Origin: Gemmatimonadales bacterium | Lineage (GTDB): Bacteria; Gemmatimonadota; Gemmatimonadetes; Gemmatimonadales; GWC2-71-9 | DNA: 64,000 nt | Reading direction: 5' to 3' | Assembly: GCA_038321865.1 (NCBI GenBank) | Contig: JBBQFH010000009.1 | Span: 1-64,000, forward strand | Shown: one piece after another, positions 22,145-31,585 of the stretch | How positions within the stretch are numbered: the stretch's first letter is position 1 | How the letters are laid out: the number at the start of each line of letters is the position of its first letter | Position numbers and translations under genes: made by a program | The notes under the pieces: model-generated | Seen by the model: only the letters and a program-made list of their open reading frames with translations | Told to the model about the DNA's origin: nothing | Databases searched by the model: none

Positions 22145-24523
22145 CTATTCCCGCACGTTCACCGTCCGCTCCCGGCGGACTATTGTTCCGCCCGCCACGT
22201 CCTCCACCGTCAGCACCATCCGGTACTGCCCCCCCTTGAGTGTCTTCAGCTCCAGGCTCCGCCGCACGTGCTCGGTCGGCGCAGCCGCCTTGTCCTCGAA
22301 GGCTACGCGGACACCGTCGCCCACGGCCGTGGCGAGGGGATTGGCCAGCTCGATGGTCGTCCGGTAGGTCCGGCCCGGCACCAGGCCGTTCACGTCATAG
22401 TACAGCTCCATCGAGCCGGTGCGGGGATACATGTCGAGCGGATTGAGCGGCACCGGATCGCCGCCATGGGCCCAGACCAGTCCGCCCCCCTCCCGGCCGG
22501 CGACGAGGTCACTGATCGACAGGCCCGACGGGTCGCCGAGGGTCATGGCGTCGCGGCCGGCGGCTGCGGCGGCCTTGCTGCCGGGCTGGGTGAAGAGCAC
22601 GCGGACGTCCGGGTGGCCCGGCGGCATCGGCAGCTCGAGCATGCCGTTCAGAAAGGCGCCCGCCTTGAGCGGCTCCGCCACGCGGAAGTAGCGGGTGGTG
22701 TCGCGGCGGAAGACATCGAGCCCGCTCGGCCCGACCGCAATGGTCCGGATCGACAGCGGATAGATGACGCCCGCGATGCCGGCCCGCGTTTCCGGGGTGA
22801 GCCGGTCGCCCGGAATCGCGAAGACCACGAGCAGCCGTGCACTCGTGCCGTCCGGCTCGCCCACGGCGCAGAGCTGCACTACGGGCTTGAGCGAGCTCTC
22901 GTAGCGCTGGACATAGGTGTCGGTGTGGAGGGCGGTGGCCATCTGCGCCCGTCCGGTCTCGGTCATTCGCTGGACCAGCTGCGGGCTGATGTAGGAGCCC
23001 ATGTCCGTCATGCCGGGGACGGCATCGCCGTTCGGTGCGGCTGCCTGCGCCATCCGGGCGTTGGAGGCACTGAGCTTCTGGCGGTCTGCCAGTGCCTGCA
23101 GCGAGTTGGCCAGCTGCTGGTACCGCGGGTCGAGTGAGCCGCGGGTCTCGATCAGATCGTGATACAGCGGCAGCATCGCGACCAGCGTCGTCGCGGCCGT
23201 GCTGCCGAGGCGGCGGCTGGAGCAGAAGTGGAGCAGGAGCGCTCCGGTGGGCAGCGCGTATTGCCAGGACTCGTTGGCCACCACGCATCCGTGCACTTTC
23301 AGGTCGAGCGAGCCCTCATTCCATGCCGCGCGGCGGTCCGGCTCGCCGTGGCGCATGTAGACCACCCCGCGGTCGTCCACGACGCGGTGGCCCCCTTCCA
23401 TAAGCGAAAATGCGTCGGGGGCGAGCATGCCCATCGGCCCCAGGTCGTTGGCGACATCAGACCCTCCGGTCAGGTCCGGGTCCCCGCTCGGGCCGGTCGC
23501 GCCGGGGCCGTCAGTGAAGGTCGCCCCATCGGTGCGCCCGACGATACGAAAATGCTGGTGCACGTAGTTCCAGCGCCGCAAATGCTCGGCCAGCCGTTCG
23601 CCTTCGGGCCGCAGCGCGGTGACGTCACGCCGGCGCCAGAAGTCGTGGATCCACGCGCCAAGATCGGCACCGACGCTGTCGAAGGCGGCGAGCTCGGCCG
23701 GGGTTGCAACCCAGCCGATGTCGGCCCGGTAGGCGAGGCGCCCGGCCTTGCCCGCGTGGGCGGCCCCGCTCTCGTAGCGGGCGAGGGCGCTGTCGGCGCG
23801 GCCGAGGGCCGAGAGTGCCCGCGCGACTTCGAGGCCGGCGACGCCCGCATCGCCGCCGGCTCGGCTGTAGTCGCTGAGCGCCGCCAGCACCGAGTCGGGG
23901 TGATCCAGACCGCGCTGCATCCTGGCCGCGGCCAGGTACGGATCGGGCCCGGCGTGGGCGCTGGTCGCCGCACGCACGGCGCGCTGGACGGCTGCATCGA
24001 GCTCGGTCTGGTCGGCCGCCACGATGAGATCCGCCAGCGTGCCGGCCGCGGGCGTGAACGACGAGTCGGCGGTGAGCGCGCGCGCGAGCGCGGAGAGCGC
24101 ACCGTGGCGCCACGTCTCGCCGTCGCCCTGATGCATGGAGGACTTCACGGTCGTGCCGCGGCGGTCCAGCTCGAGCTTCACCAGCGCCAGTCCGTACCAT
24201 GGGAGCGGCGATCGCGGCGAGCGAAAAATCCCCTCATCCAGCGTGGCCAGCGCCTCGTCGAGGCGATCGCGTCCCGGCTGCAGCTGCCCCTGGCGGAGCA
24301 GCGCAAGCCCGAGACGAAGGCGGCTTGCCGCGCCATCGGGACGGGTGCGTTCCGCCGCCGCGATCGCTGCCGCAGCAGCGGCCGACTGGACGGCGGCAAG
24401 CGAATCCTGGTAGGCCCGCAGCGTGCCCGCTGCCGTTCCCTGCGCACCGAGGGCGCCCGGAGCCATGGCGAGCCCCAGGATCAGCGGAAGGGCACGGCGG
24501 CAGCGGCCGGGACGTGGAGGCAT
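22145..24523 (-). CDS. Secreted TPR plus GWxTD-like domain protein
   Basis: Signal peptide, helical repeats, FWRRRD...EHLRRWNY...DDRGVVYMRHGEPD...NESWQY, and a beta-rich C-terminus. Confidence 0.7.
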   Translation of the reverse strand: MPPRPGRCRRALPLILGLAMAPGALGAQGTAAGTLRAYQDSLAAVQSAAAAAAIAAAERTRPDGAASRLRLGLALLRQGQLQPGRDRLDEALATLDEGIFRSPRSPLPWYGLALVKLELDRRGTTVKSSMHQGDGETWRHGALSALARALTADSSFTPAAGTLADLIVAADQTELDAAVQRAVRAATSAHAGPDPYLAAARMQRGLDHPDSVLAALSDYSRAGGDAGVAGLEVARALSALGRADSALARYESGAAHAGKAGRLAYRADIGWVATPAELAAFDSVGADLGAWIHDFWRRRDVTALRPEGERLAEHLRRWNYVHQHFRIVGRTDGATFTDGPGATGPSGDPDLTGGSDVANDLGPMGMLAPDAFSLMEGGHRVVDDRGVVYMRHGEPDRRAAWNEGSLDLKVHGCVVANESWQYALPTGALLLHFCSSRRLGSTAATTLVAMLPLYHDLIETRGSLDPRYQQLANSLQALADRQKLSASNARMAQAAAPNGDAVPGMTDMGSYISPQLVQRMTETGRAQMATALHTDTYVQRYESSLKPVVQLCAVGEPDGTSARLLVVFAIPGDRLTPETRAGIAGVIYPLSIRTIAVGPSGLDVFRRDTTRYFRVAEPLKAGAFLNGMLELPMPPGHPDVRVLFTQPGSKAAAAAGRDAMTLGDPSGLSISDLVAGREGGGLVWAHGGDPVPLNPLDMYPRTGSMELYYDVNGLVPGRTYRTTIELANPLATAVGDGVRVAFEDKAAAPTEHVRRSLELKTLKGGQYRMVLTVEDVAGGTIVRRERTVNVRE

Positions 24524-24642
24524 CAGAGTGCTCCGAAACGAGGGGACGCCGGATGAGACGCCGGAGCGGCCAGCCCGCACACGCGCGGGTTATATTTTCG
24601 GCCGAAGCCCGCTCGCGACGATCGCATCCGGAAGGAGCTGCC

Positions 24643-26298
24643 GTGCCAGGAATTCTGCCGATTCGCCATCAGGTCCCGCTGCCGCTGGAGCGTCTCATCG
24701 TTCAGGATGAGCCGGGCGCCGAGGCGATCGAGATGGACGTGACGATCGTGGGTGCGGGGCCGGCAGGCCTGGCCTGCGCGATCGAGCTGGCACGGCTCGC
24801 CAAACGGGATCAGGAGGCCGGCGGCGGCCTTCCCGACCTGAATATCGCGATTCTCGAGAAAGCCGAAAGCCTCGGCGAGCACAACCTGTCGGGCGCGGTG
24901 GTGAATCCGCGGGCGTTCCGGGAGCTCTTTCCCGAGCTGGAGGATGCCAACTTCCCGTTCCGGAACCACGTGGACGTCGAGTCGGTGTACTTCCTCACCG
25001 GGAATCGCTCGCTCCGGATTCCGACGCCGCCGAGCATGCATAACCGGGGCTATTACACGGCCTCGGTCTGCGAGCTGGTCCGCTGGCTGGGTGAACGCGC
25101 CGAGGAGCTGGGCGTCAATCTGTTCACCGGATTTCCGGCGGACGCGCTGCTGGTGGACGGCCGCCGTGTCCGCGGCGTCCGGACGACGCCCTCGGGACTC
25201 AATCGCGACGGAAGCGCCGGCGCCGGCACCACGCCGCCCACCGATCTGACCGCGCGCGTCACCGTCATCGCCGACGGCACCCGGAGCCTCCTGAGCCAGG
25301 CCTATCGAGAATGGCAGGGCATCACCTCGCCCAATCCGCAGATCTTCGCGCTCGGCGTGAAGGAGGTGTGGGACGTCAGGCACCCGCTCGACCGCGTGAT
25401 TCACACCCTCGGCTGGCCGCTCCCGACCGACGCATTCGGCGGCAGCTTCATGTATCCGCTGGGCCAGACGCAGGTGGCGATCGGCCTGGTGGTCGGTCTT
25501 GACTATCACCGGGCATCGCTCGACGTGCATGAGATGCTCCAGCGGATGAAGCTGCACCCGTTGTTTCGCCCGCACCTCGAAGGCGGCACGCTGATCGAGT
25601 GGGGCGCCAAGACGATTCCGGAGGGCGGGTTCCATGCGCTCCCCGAGCGTCGGCATGGCGACGGGCTGGTGATGATCGGTGACGCCGTCGGCTTCGTGGA
25701 CGTTCCCTCGCTCAAGGGCATTCATTACGCCATGCAGTCGGGGATGTATGCCGCCCGCGCGATCTTCCAGGCGCTCAAGGCGGGCGACGTGTCCGGCGCC
25801 GGCCTCGCGCCCTACGATCAGCTGGTGAATCAGAGCTACATCGTGGAGGACATGCGGCGTACCCGGAACATGCGACTGGCGTTCAAGGACGGGCTCTTCG
25901 CCGGCGGCCTCAAGGCCGGACTGATGGCCATCACGGGCGGGCGGTTCCCCGGCGGGATGATCCCGATGCCGCAGGACGCGGACGTCGAGCGCGACGTGAC
26001 ACCGGCCCAGCCGTTCACGCCGGACAACGTGCTCACCTTCAGCAAGCTCGACGCCGTGTTCAAGTCGGGCAATGCGACCCGTGACACGATCCCGAGCCAC
26101 CTGCTCGTGGGGAAGGATGTGCAGGGAGACGTCGCCGATTTCTATACGCACGTCTGTCCCGCGGGCGTGTACGAACGGGTGGGGGACGAGCTCCGGATCA
26201 ACCCGCCGAACTGCATTGATTGCAAGGCGACGGACGTCCTCGGCCCGCGCTGGACTCCGCGCGAGGGCGGGAGCGGGCCCAAGTACCGTGTGATGTAG
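24643..26298 (+). CDS. Electron transfer flavoprotein-quinone oxidoreductase
   Basis: AAGGAG RBS before GTG; VGAGPAG, GAKTIPEGG, KGIHYAMQSG, C-terminal CPAGVYE ferredoxin-like segment. Confidence 0.92.
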   Translation: MPGILPIRHQVPLPLERLIVQDEPGAEAIEMDVTIVGAGPAGLACAIELARLAKRDQEAGGGLPDLNIAILEKAESLGEHNLSGAVVNPRAFRELFPELEDANFPFRNHVDVESVYFLTGNRSLRIPTPPSMHNRGYYTASVCELVRWLGERAEELGVNLFTGFPADALLVDGRRVRGVRTTPSGLNRDGSAGAGTTPPTDLTARVTVIADGTRSLLSQAYREWQGITSPNPQIFALGVKEVWDVRHPLDRVIHTLGWPLPTDAFGGSFMYPLGQTQVAIGLVVGLDYHRASLDVHEMLQRMKLHPLFRPHLEGGTLIEWGAKTIPEGGFHALPERRHGDGLVMIGDAVGFVDVPSLKGIHYAMQSGMYAARAIFQALKAGDVSGAGLAPYDQLVNQSYIVEDMRRTRNMRLAFKDGLFAGGLKAGLMAITGGRFPGGMIPMPQDADVERDVTPAQPFTPDNVLTFSKLDAVFKSGNATRDTIPSHLLVGKDVQGDVADFYTHVCPAGVYERVGDELRINPPNCIDCKATDVLGPRWTPREGGSGPKYRVM

Positions 26299-26329
26299 CA
26301 TTCCTGGTCGGGCGTTCGATTTTCGGGAG

Positions 26330-26358
26330 TTGCGGCGCGCCGGAGGGTTCGGTAAGCT
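26330..26358 (+). promoter_or_regulatory. Possible sigma70 promoter for the GGDEF gene
   Basis: TTGCGG-N17-TAAGCT, 35 nt upstream of the start codon. Confidence 0.35.
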
Positions 26359-26393
26359 GAGGGATTCCCAATTCCCGATCGATCGAAGGACTC

Positions 26394-27590
26394 GTGCGCG
26401 TTCCATCCTTGCGGGCCATTCTGCGGCCTGGCGACACCCTGCTGTTGCAGGCGAGCGCCGCCGGCGAGCTGCTGGTTGCCAAACTGCGCCTCGCCCTCAC
26501 GGGCGCGCTGCTGCTGGTGCCGGTGTTCGGCCTCATTTTCGATCCCCGCTCGCGCGATCATCGGGTCGGCTTCATCATCACCGCGACTGCGACCGTCGTC
26601 GCGGGGCTGATCTACCTGATCGTCCGGCGCGATCGGTATCGCTCGTGGATCGGCTTCGTCAGCACGATCTTCGACGTGACCTTCATCAGCTCGGCTCTGG
26701 TGGTCTTCCTGTTCCTCGGCGAGCCGCACACGGCCGTCAACAGCAAGGTCACCTTCGAGACCTACTTCCTCGCGATCACCGCCACCGCACTCCGCTACGA
26801 CGTACGATTCTGCCTGCTGGCCGGCCTGCTCGCGGTCCTGGAGTACCTCGGCATCGTCGGCTACGCGAGCACCCATTGGCAGCTGAACTCGCCCGCGTTC
26901 GCGCCCTACCCGCTCGGCATGTTCGACTGGTCGGTTCAGGTGTCGCGGATCATCCTGCTGATGGTCGCGGCGGCGCTGAGCGCGAGCATCACGTTCCGGG
27001 CACAGTCGCTCCGCCGGCTCTCTGCCATGGACCGCATGACCAACGTCTACAACCGTGGCTATTTCGACGAGCGGTTGACCGCCGAGCTCAGCCGCGCGCG
27101 GCGGAACGGCCAGCCGCTGGCGCTCGTCATGCTGGATGTGGACCACTTCAAGCGCTTCAACGACAGCCACGGCCACGCCGCCGGCGACGCCGCACTCCGG
27201 GCGGTGAGCACCCTGGTGCGTCACGCCGTTCGGCGGAGCGACATGGTCGCCCGCTATGGGGGCGAGGAGTTCGTGCTGGTGATGCCGGTGACGACGGCCG
27301 AACAGGCGGTGGACAAGCTCGAGTCAATCCGTGCCGCGGTGGCCGAGCTGGCGATCAAGCTGCCGTTGCAGCAGACCACGGCATCGGTGACGTTCAGCGC
27401 GGGCGTCGCGGTGTTCCCGGGAGACGGCGTCACCGCGGACGAGCTGCTGGATCAGGCCGACGGACGGCTGTTTCAGGCCAAGGAGGGCGGCCGGAACCGG
27501 GTCATCGGGCCGCCGGCCGCCGCCGCCGATGCCGCCACCGTCGCCGCGACGCGTTCGATTCCGGCCGAGCATCTCCGCACCGGCTCCTGA
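26394..27590 (+). CDS. Membrane-bound diguanylate cyclase
   Basis: Multiple TM helices; DVDHFKRFND, GHAAGD and RYGGEEF motifs. Confidence 0.93.
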   Translation: MRVPSLRAILRPGDTLLLQASAAGELLVAKLRLALTGALLLVPVFGLIFDPRSRDHRVGFIITATATVVAGLIYLIVRRDRYRSWIGFVSTIFDVTFISSALVVFLFLGEPHTAVNSKVTFETYFLAITATALRYDVRFCLLAGLLAVLEYLGIVGYASTHWQLNSPAFAPYPLGMFDWSVQVSRIILLMVAAALSASITFRAQSLRRLSAMDRMTNVYNRGYFDERLTAELSRARRNGQPLALVMLDVDHFKRFNDSHGHAAGDAALRAVSTLVRHAVRRSDMVARYGGEEFVLVMPVTTAEQAVDKLESIRAAVAELAIKLPLQQTTASVTFSAGVAVFPGDGVTADELLDQADGRLFQAKEGGRNRVIGPPAAAADAATVAATRSIPAEHLRTGS

Positions 27591-27593
27591 CCG

Positions 27594-28019
27594 TCACGGC
27601 TCACCCATTACCTTGATCACCACGCGCTTCCGGCGCTGGCCGTCCCACTCGCCGTAGAACACCCGCTGCCACGGTCCGAAGTCGAGCATGCCATCGGTGA
27701 TGGGGACGATCACCTCGTGGCCCATGGTGAGGCTCCAGAGATGCGCGGCGGCGTTGTCCTCACCGGTCTGATTGTGCCGGTAGCGCCCGGGCTCCCACGG
27801 CGCAATCCTGGTTTCCAGCCACTCCAGAATGTCCTTCCAGAGTCCCGACTCGTGGTCGTTCACGAATACCGACGCGCTGATGTGCATCGCCGACACCAGC
27901 ACCATGCCGTCGCGGATGCCGCTGGCGCGCACCTGCTCGAAGACGGCGTCGGTGATGTCGATGATCTCCTGCCGGTTCCTGGTCTCGAACCAGAGGTAGT
28001 GGGTATGGGAGCGCGTCAT
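27594..28019 (-). CDS. yjbQ: YjbQ family (UPF0047) protein
   Basis: HISASVFVND, GEDNAAAH and GPWQRVFYGEWDG motifs. Confidence 0.9.
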   Translation of the reverse strand: MTRSHTHYLWFETRNRQEIIDITDAVFEQVRASGIRDGMVLVSAMHISASVFVNDHESGLWKDILEWLETRIAPWEPGRYRHNQTGEDNAAAHLWSLTMGHEVIVPITDGMLDFGPWQRVFYGEWDGQRRKRVVIKVMGEP

Positions 28020-29014
28020 GGCCGGCGCAACAGGTCACGCGCGAGCGCGACGTACCGGTCCACCCCCTCGAACAGCTCGAGCTTGCCGATCCGCTCGCCG
28101 TCGGTATGCGCGACGCGAATCGATCCCGGGCCCATCTGAAAGCGCTCGCCCCACGGCGCCAGGAACGGAAGGTCGCTCGCGAAGCTGACCACCTCCGCCT
28201 CCCAGCCCTCCGGCGCCGAACCCTTGTATGGCGGAATCTCGACGGCGAACTCGATCGTGACCCCCGGCACGGCACAGGCAGCGATGCGCCGCCGCAGCTC
28301 CGCCGTGGGCTCCACCGTGCGGATGAGAAGCTGCGCCTCCGCGTCCGGCGGAATCACGTTGGGAGCGACGCCCCCACGGAGTGTGCCGATGTTGAGTGTC
28401 GATGGCCCCAGCAGCGCATCGGCCGGGAGCGGAAGCGCGCGGATCTTCTCCAGCACCGCGAGGAGCGGCTCGATGGCCGACGCGCCCTCGTCGGGATAGG
28501 CCGAGTGGGCGGCGCGGCCGGTGGCCCGCAGGTCGACGCGAAGGGCGCCCTTCTGGCCGATGGTGAGGATGTTGTCGGTCGGCTCGCCATTGATCAGGAA
28601 GCGGCCTTTCGATTCCAGCGCGGCAGCCGCAATGGCGCCGTCCGATCCGTTCTCCTCGCCGACCACGAACAGCAGGCCGATCCGGCGCTCGCCGTCGGCG
28701 GCGAGCCGCTCGGCGGCGGCCACCATCGCCGCGGCGAGCCCCTTGGCGTCGCAGGAGCCGCGCCCGTAGAGACACTCGGCGTCCTCGCGCAGCGGTACGT
28801 AGGGTGGAACGCAATCGAGATGGGTCGAGAACACCGCGACAGGTGCCTCGCGCCGGGCATACAGATTGTGGCGGCCCGGCGTGACCTGCTGGCGCTCGAC
28901 GTCGTAGCCGAGCGAGGCGAGGACGCCCGCGAGGTGCGCGACCGCCGGGCCCTCCGCGCCGGTGGGCGAGGGCAGGGCGACGAGCTGCCGGGTGAGCTCG
29001 ATGGGGTCGATCAT
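28016..29014 (-). CDS. M20/ArgE-family metallo-hydrolase
   Basis: THLDCVP, GRGSCDAKG, VGEE, GEPT and AHT motifs. Confidence 0.9.
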   Translation of the reverse strand: MIDPIELTRQLVALPSPTGAEGPAVAHLAGVLASLGYDVERQQVTPGRHNLYARREAPVAVFSTHLDCVPPYVPLREDAECLYGRGSCDAKGLAAAMVAAAERLAADGERRIGLLFVVGEENGSDGAIAAAALESKGRFLINGEPTDNILTIGQKGALRVDLRATGRAAHSAYPDEGASAIEPLLAVLEKIRALPLPADALLGPSTLNIGTLRGGVAPNVIPPDAEAQLLIRTVEPTAELRRRIAACAVPGVTIEFAVEIPPYKGSAPEGWEAEVVSFASDLPFLAPWGERFQMGPGSIRVAHTDGERIGKLELFEGVDRYVALARDLLRRP

Positions 29015-30405
29015 GCGGCGCGCGCGGCCAGTCGTTCGGCGTGACGGTCCGGGACGCCGACCAGCAGCCAGGCCGCCAGCGCCATGAAGACCGCGAGCAC
29101 GCCCATCGCGACGCGGAAGGAAAGATCCTGATGCCCGCCGCCGAACACCACGTCCACGATCAGCGCCCAGATCAGCGGGCCGACGATCGACGCGGCGCGG
29201 GCCGACAGTACCAGAAGGCCGAAGTACCGGCCGGCGTCGGCGTCCGGCACCAGCGTGAGCAGCATCGGTCGCTCGACCGTCCAGATGCCGCCGAACAGGA
29301 GGCCCAGTGCCCCGCCGAGAACCCAGAAGGCGGTGTGTCCCCGGATCACCACCATGGCGAGCAGCAGCACCGACCAGCCCAGCAGCACGCCCATGAGGGT
29401 GCGCTTGGGGCCGTAGCGGTCGCTCAGGCGGCCGATGATCGCGGCACCGATGATGGACGGCACGGTGAGGACGATGAAGAGCGTGGTCTCCGTCCCGTCC
29501 GGAAACTTCATCACGGTGACGGCGTAGATGGCCATGAAACTGATGACGGTCCCGATGGCATCCTGGTAGAAATAGGACGTCAGGATGAACCGGAGCAGTC
29601 CCGGGTGCCGCCGTGAGTCGGACACGGAACGCACCAGCTCACGGAACGGTGCGACCAGCGCCAGCTTCGTGCGCTCCGCCTTCGGCACCGGGATGTGGTC
29701 GCGGCACCAGAGGAAGAGCGGCAGGGAGAAGATGAGGAATGCCAGCGCCGTGGGGACGAAGGTCGCCGCCCGGCCGCCGCCCGCCGTGAACGGAATTCGG
29801 TGCAGCAGGCCCATCACCCTCGGGCCGACGGGGCCCAGCGGGGTCGCGCCGGCGACGAAGGGCACGATCAGCAGCATCCCCACGATGGAGCCGACATACC
29901 CGATGGCCGTGCCATAGCCGGAGAGCCGGCCCTGTTCGCCGGCCGGCACCAGCTCGGTCATCATCGCGTTGTAGAAGGGGAGTGCGCCCTGGTAGGCGTA
30001 GTTGGCGGCCACGAAGATGGCGAGGATCAGGAGCAGGGAGCCGTCGTGCGCCGTGGCGTGACCGCCCACCACGCCGAGCATCGCCGTCGCCGCGACGCAG
30101 ACCAGCGTCAGCCCGACGACCCACGGCTTGCGGCGCCGGCGCTGGTCGGAGATGAGCCCGAAGACCGGGATGCTGACGGCGACCAGCACCGACGAGATGC
30201 TGGACGCGATCGCGTAGGGGCCGGTGCCGGCCGCGAGGTCTCGCGCGATCCAGACCGAGAAATACAGCGTCACGATGTTCATGGAGAAGATCGTGTTCGC
30301 GAAGTCGTACAGCGACCAGCTCCAGCGTTCGCGCGCGGGGGCCCGGCGCACGACGTCGATCTCGCCGGTCGGGCGGAGCACGATTTCCGGGGCGGAGGTG
30401 GTCAT
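29011..30405 (-). CDS. MFS transporter (UMF1/Atg22-like)
   Basis: WSLYDFANT, FYNAMM, GRLSGYG; many TM segments. ATG at 30405. Confidence 0.88.
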   Translation of the reverse strand: MTTSAPEIVLRPTGEIDVVRRAPARERWSWSLYDFANTIFSMNIVTLYFSVWIARDLAAGTGPYAIASSISSVLVAVSIPVFGLISDQRRRRKPWVVGLTLVCVAATAMLGVVGGHATAHDGSLLLILAIFVAANYAYQGALPFYNAMMTELVPAGEQGRLSGYGTAIGYVGSIVGMLLIVPFVAGATPLGPVGPRVMGLLHRIPFTAGGGRAATFVPTALAFLIFSLPLFLWCRDHIPVPKAERTKLALVAPFRELVRSVSDSRRHPGLLRFILTSYFYQDAIGTVISFMAIYAVTVMKFPDGTETTLFIVLTVPSIIGAAIIGRLSDRYGPKRTLMGVLLGWSVLLLAMVVIRGHTAFWVLGGALGLLFGGIWTVERPMLLTLVPDADAGRYFGLLVLSARAASIVGPLIWALIVDVVFGGGHQDLSFRVAMGVLAVFMALAAWLLVGVPDRHAERLAARAA

Positions 30406-30431
30406 GGCCCCCAATGTCGTCCCGCCCGGGG

Positions 30432-31364
30432 TCAGGCGCCAGCGCCCGCCCGGGCCGACTTCCGGAGCGAGAGCCCGACGGCGGCACCAAGCGAAATCAG
30501 GATGACGGCGAGCGACAGCATGATGGGGATGTGCACCCAGGCCTCGAGGACCATCTTCAGCCCCACAAATACGAGAATACAGGCGACGCCGAACTTGAGG
30601 TAGACGAAACGGTCCATCATGCCGGCGAGCACGAAGAACAGCGCCCGAAGCCCGAGAATGGCGAAGATGTTCGAGCTGTAGACCAGAAAGGGGTCGCGGG
30701 TGACGGCGAAGATCGCGGGGATGCTGTCGACCGCGAACACGAGATCGGTCCATTCGACGACTAGGAGCACCAGCAGGAGTGGGGTGGCCAGAAGCCGGCC
30801 GCCGACCCGGCTGAAGAACTTCTGGCCGTCATACCGCTCGCTGAACGGAAGCACGCGCCGCGCCAGGCGCGCCACCACGTTGCGTTCGGGATCGATCGTC
30901 TCGCCGTTGCCTGTGCGGGCCATCCGGATCCCGGTGACGATCAGGATCGCCCCGAACACGTACATGATCCACTCGAACCGGGCCAGCAGCGCGGCGCCCA
31001 TCATGATCATGGCCAGGCGCATGACGATCGCGCCGAGGATGCCCCACTTGAGGACGCGCGGCTGAAGCTCGGCGGGAACGGCGAAGAACTGGAAGACCAG
31101 GATGAAGACGAACAGGTTGTCGACGCTGAGGCTCAACTCGATCAGATACCCGGTGTAGAACTCCAGCGCATGGCGGGGTCCCTCCTGCCAGAGCATGAAG
31201 AGCCCGAACAGCATCGCCAGCACGACGAGCACACCGCTCCAGCTCAGCGCCTCCCTGAGCGAGAGCACGTGCGAGCGGCGATTGAGCACGGCCAGATCGA
31301 GCACCAGCAGCACGACCACGAGGCCGCTGAACGCGATCCAGACTCCGAGCGGGTGTATCCCCAT
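30432..31364 (-). CDS. TerC/Alx family metal-homeostasis membrane protein
   Basis: SLSVDNLFVF, DLVFAVDSIPAIFAVT and SSNIFAILGLRALFF motifs; riboswitch upstream. Confidence 0.95.
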   Translation of the reverse strand: MGIHPLGVWIAFSGLVVVLLVLDLAVLNRRSHVLSLREALSWSGVLVVLAMLFGLFMLWQEGPRHALEFYTGYLIELSLSVDNLFVFILVFQFFAVPAELQPRVLKWGILGAIVMRLAMIMMGAALLARFEWIMYVFGAILIVTGIRMARTGNGETIDPERNVVARLARRVLPFSERYDGQKFFSRVGGRLLATPLLLVLLVVEWTDLVFAVDSIPAIFAVTRDPFLVYSSNIFAILGLRALFFVLAGMMDRFVYLKFGVACILVFVGLKMVLEAWVHIPIMLSLAVILISLGAAVGLSLRKSARAGAGA

Positions 31365-31378
31365 CAGTGAAGCCTCAC

Positions 31379-31435
31379 AAAAAAGAGCGAGACCTTCGTC
31401 CCCGCTGGTGCAGCGGTGGACGAAGGTCTCGCTCT
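31379..31435 (-). terminator. Intrinsic terminator forming the riboswitch expression platform
   Basis: Perfect 18-bp stem (31384-31401 / 31418-31435) followed by a U run on the minus strand; its 5' arm overlaps the aptamer 3' strand. Confidence 0.9.
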
Positions 31436-31550
31436 GATGCAGGGGCCGAGATCGCCGGCCTCCCCTCCCGATTGGACCGTGCCCGCCCGCAGGCGAACAG
31501 TGTTGACGATCCAGCCGTCCGCCTTCAGGCGGATGAGCTACTCCCCTTCA
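31421..31550 (-). ncRNA. yybP-ykoY manganese riboswitch
   Basis: Minus strand: UGAAGGGGAGUAGC...AUCGUCAACA...CGG...GCGAGACCUUCG, directly upstream of a TerC gene. Confidence 0.92.
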
Positions 31551-31556
31551 GGCACC

Positions 31557-31585
31557 AATCTATCGGGCGCCGGGCGCCGGGTCAA
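31557..31585 (-). promoter_or_regulatory. Sigma70-type promoter for the riboswitch leader
   Basis: TTGACC (31585-31580)-N17-TAGATT (31562-31557); the aptamer begins 7 nt downstream. Confidence 0.75.
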
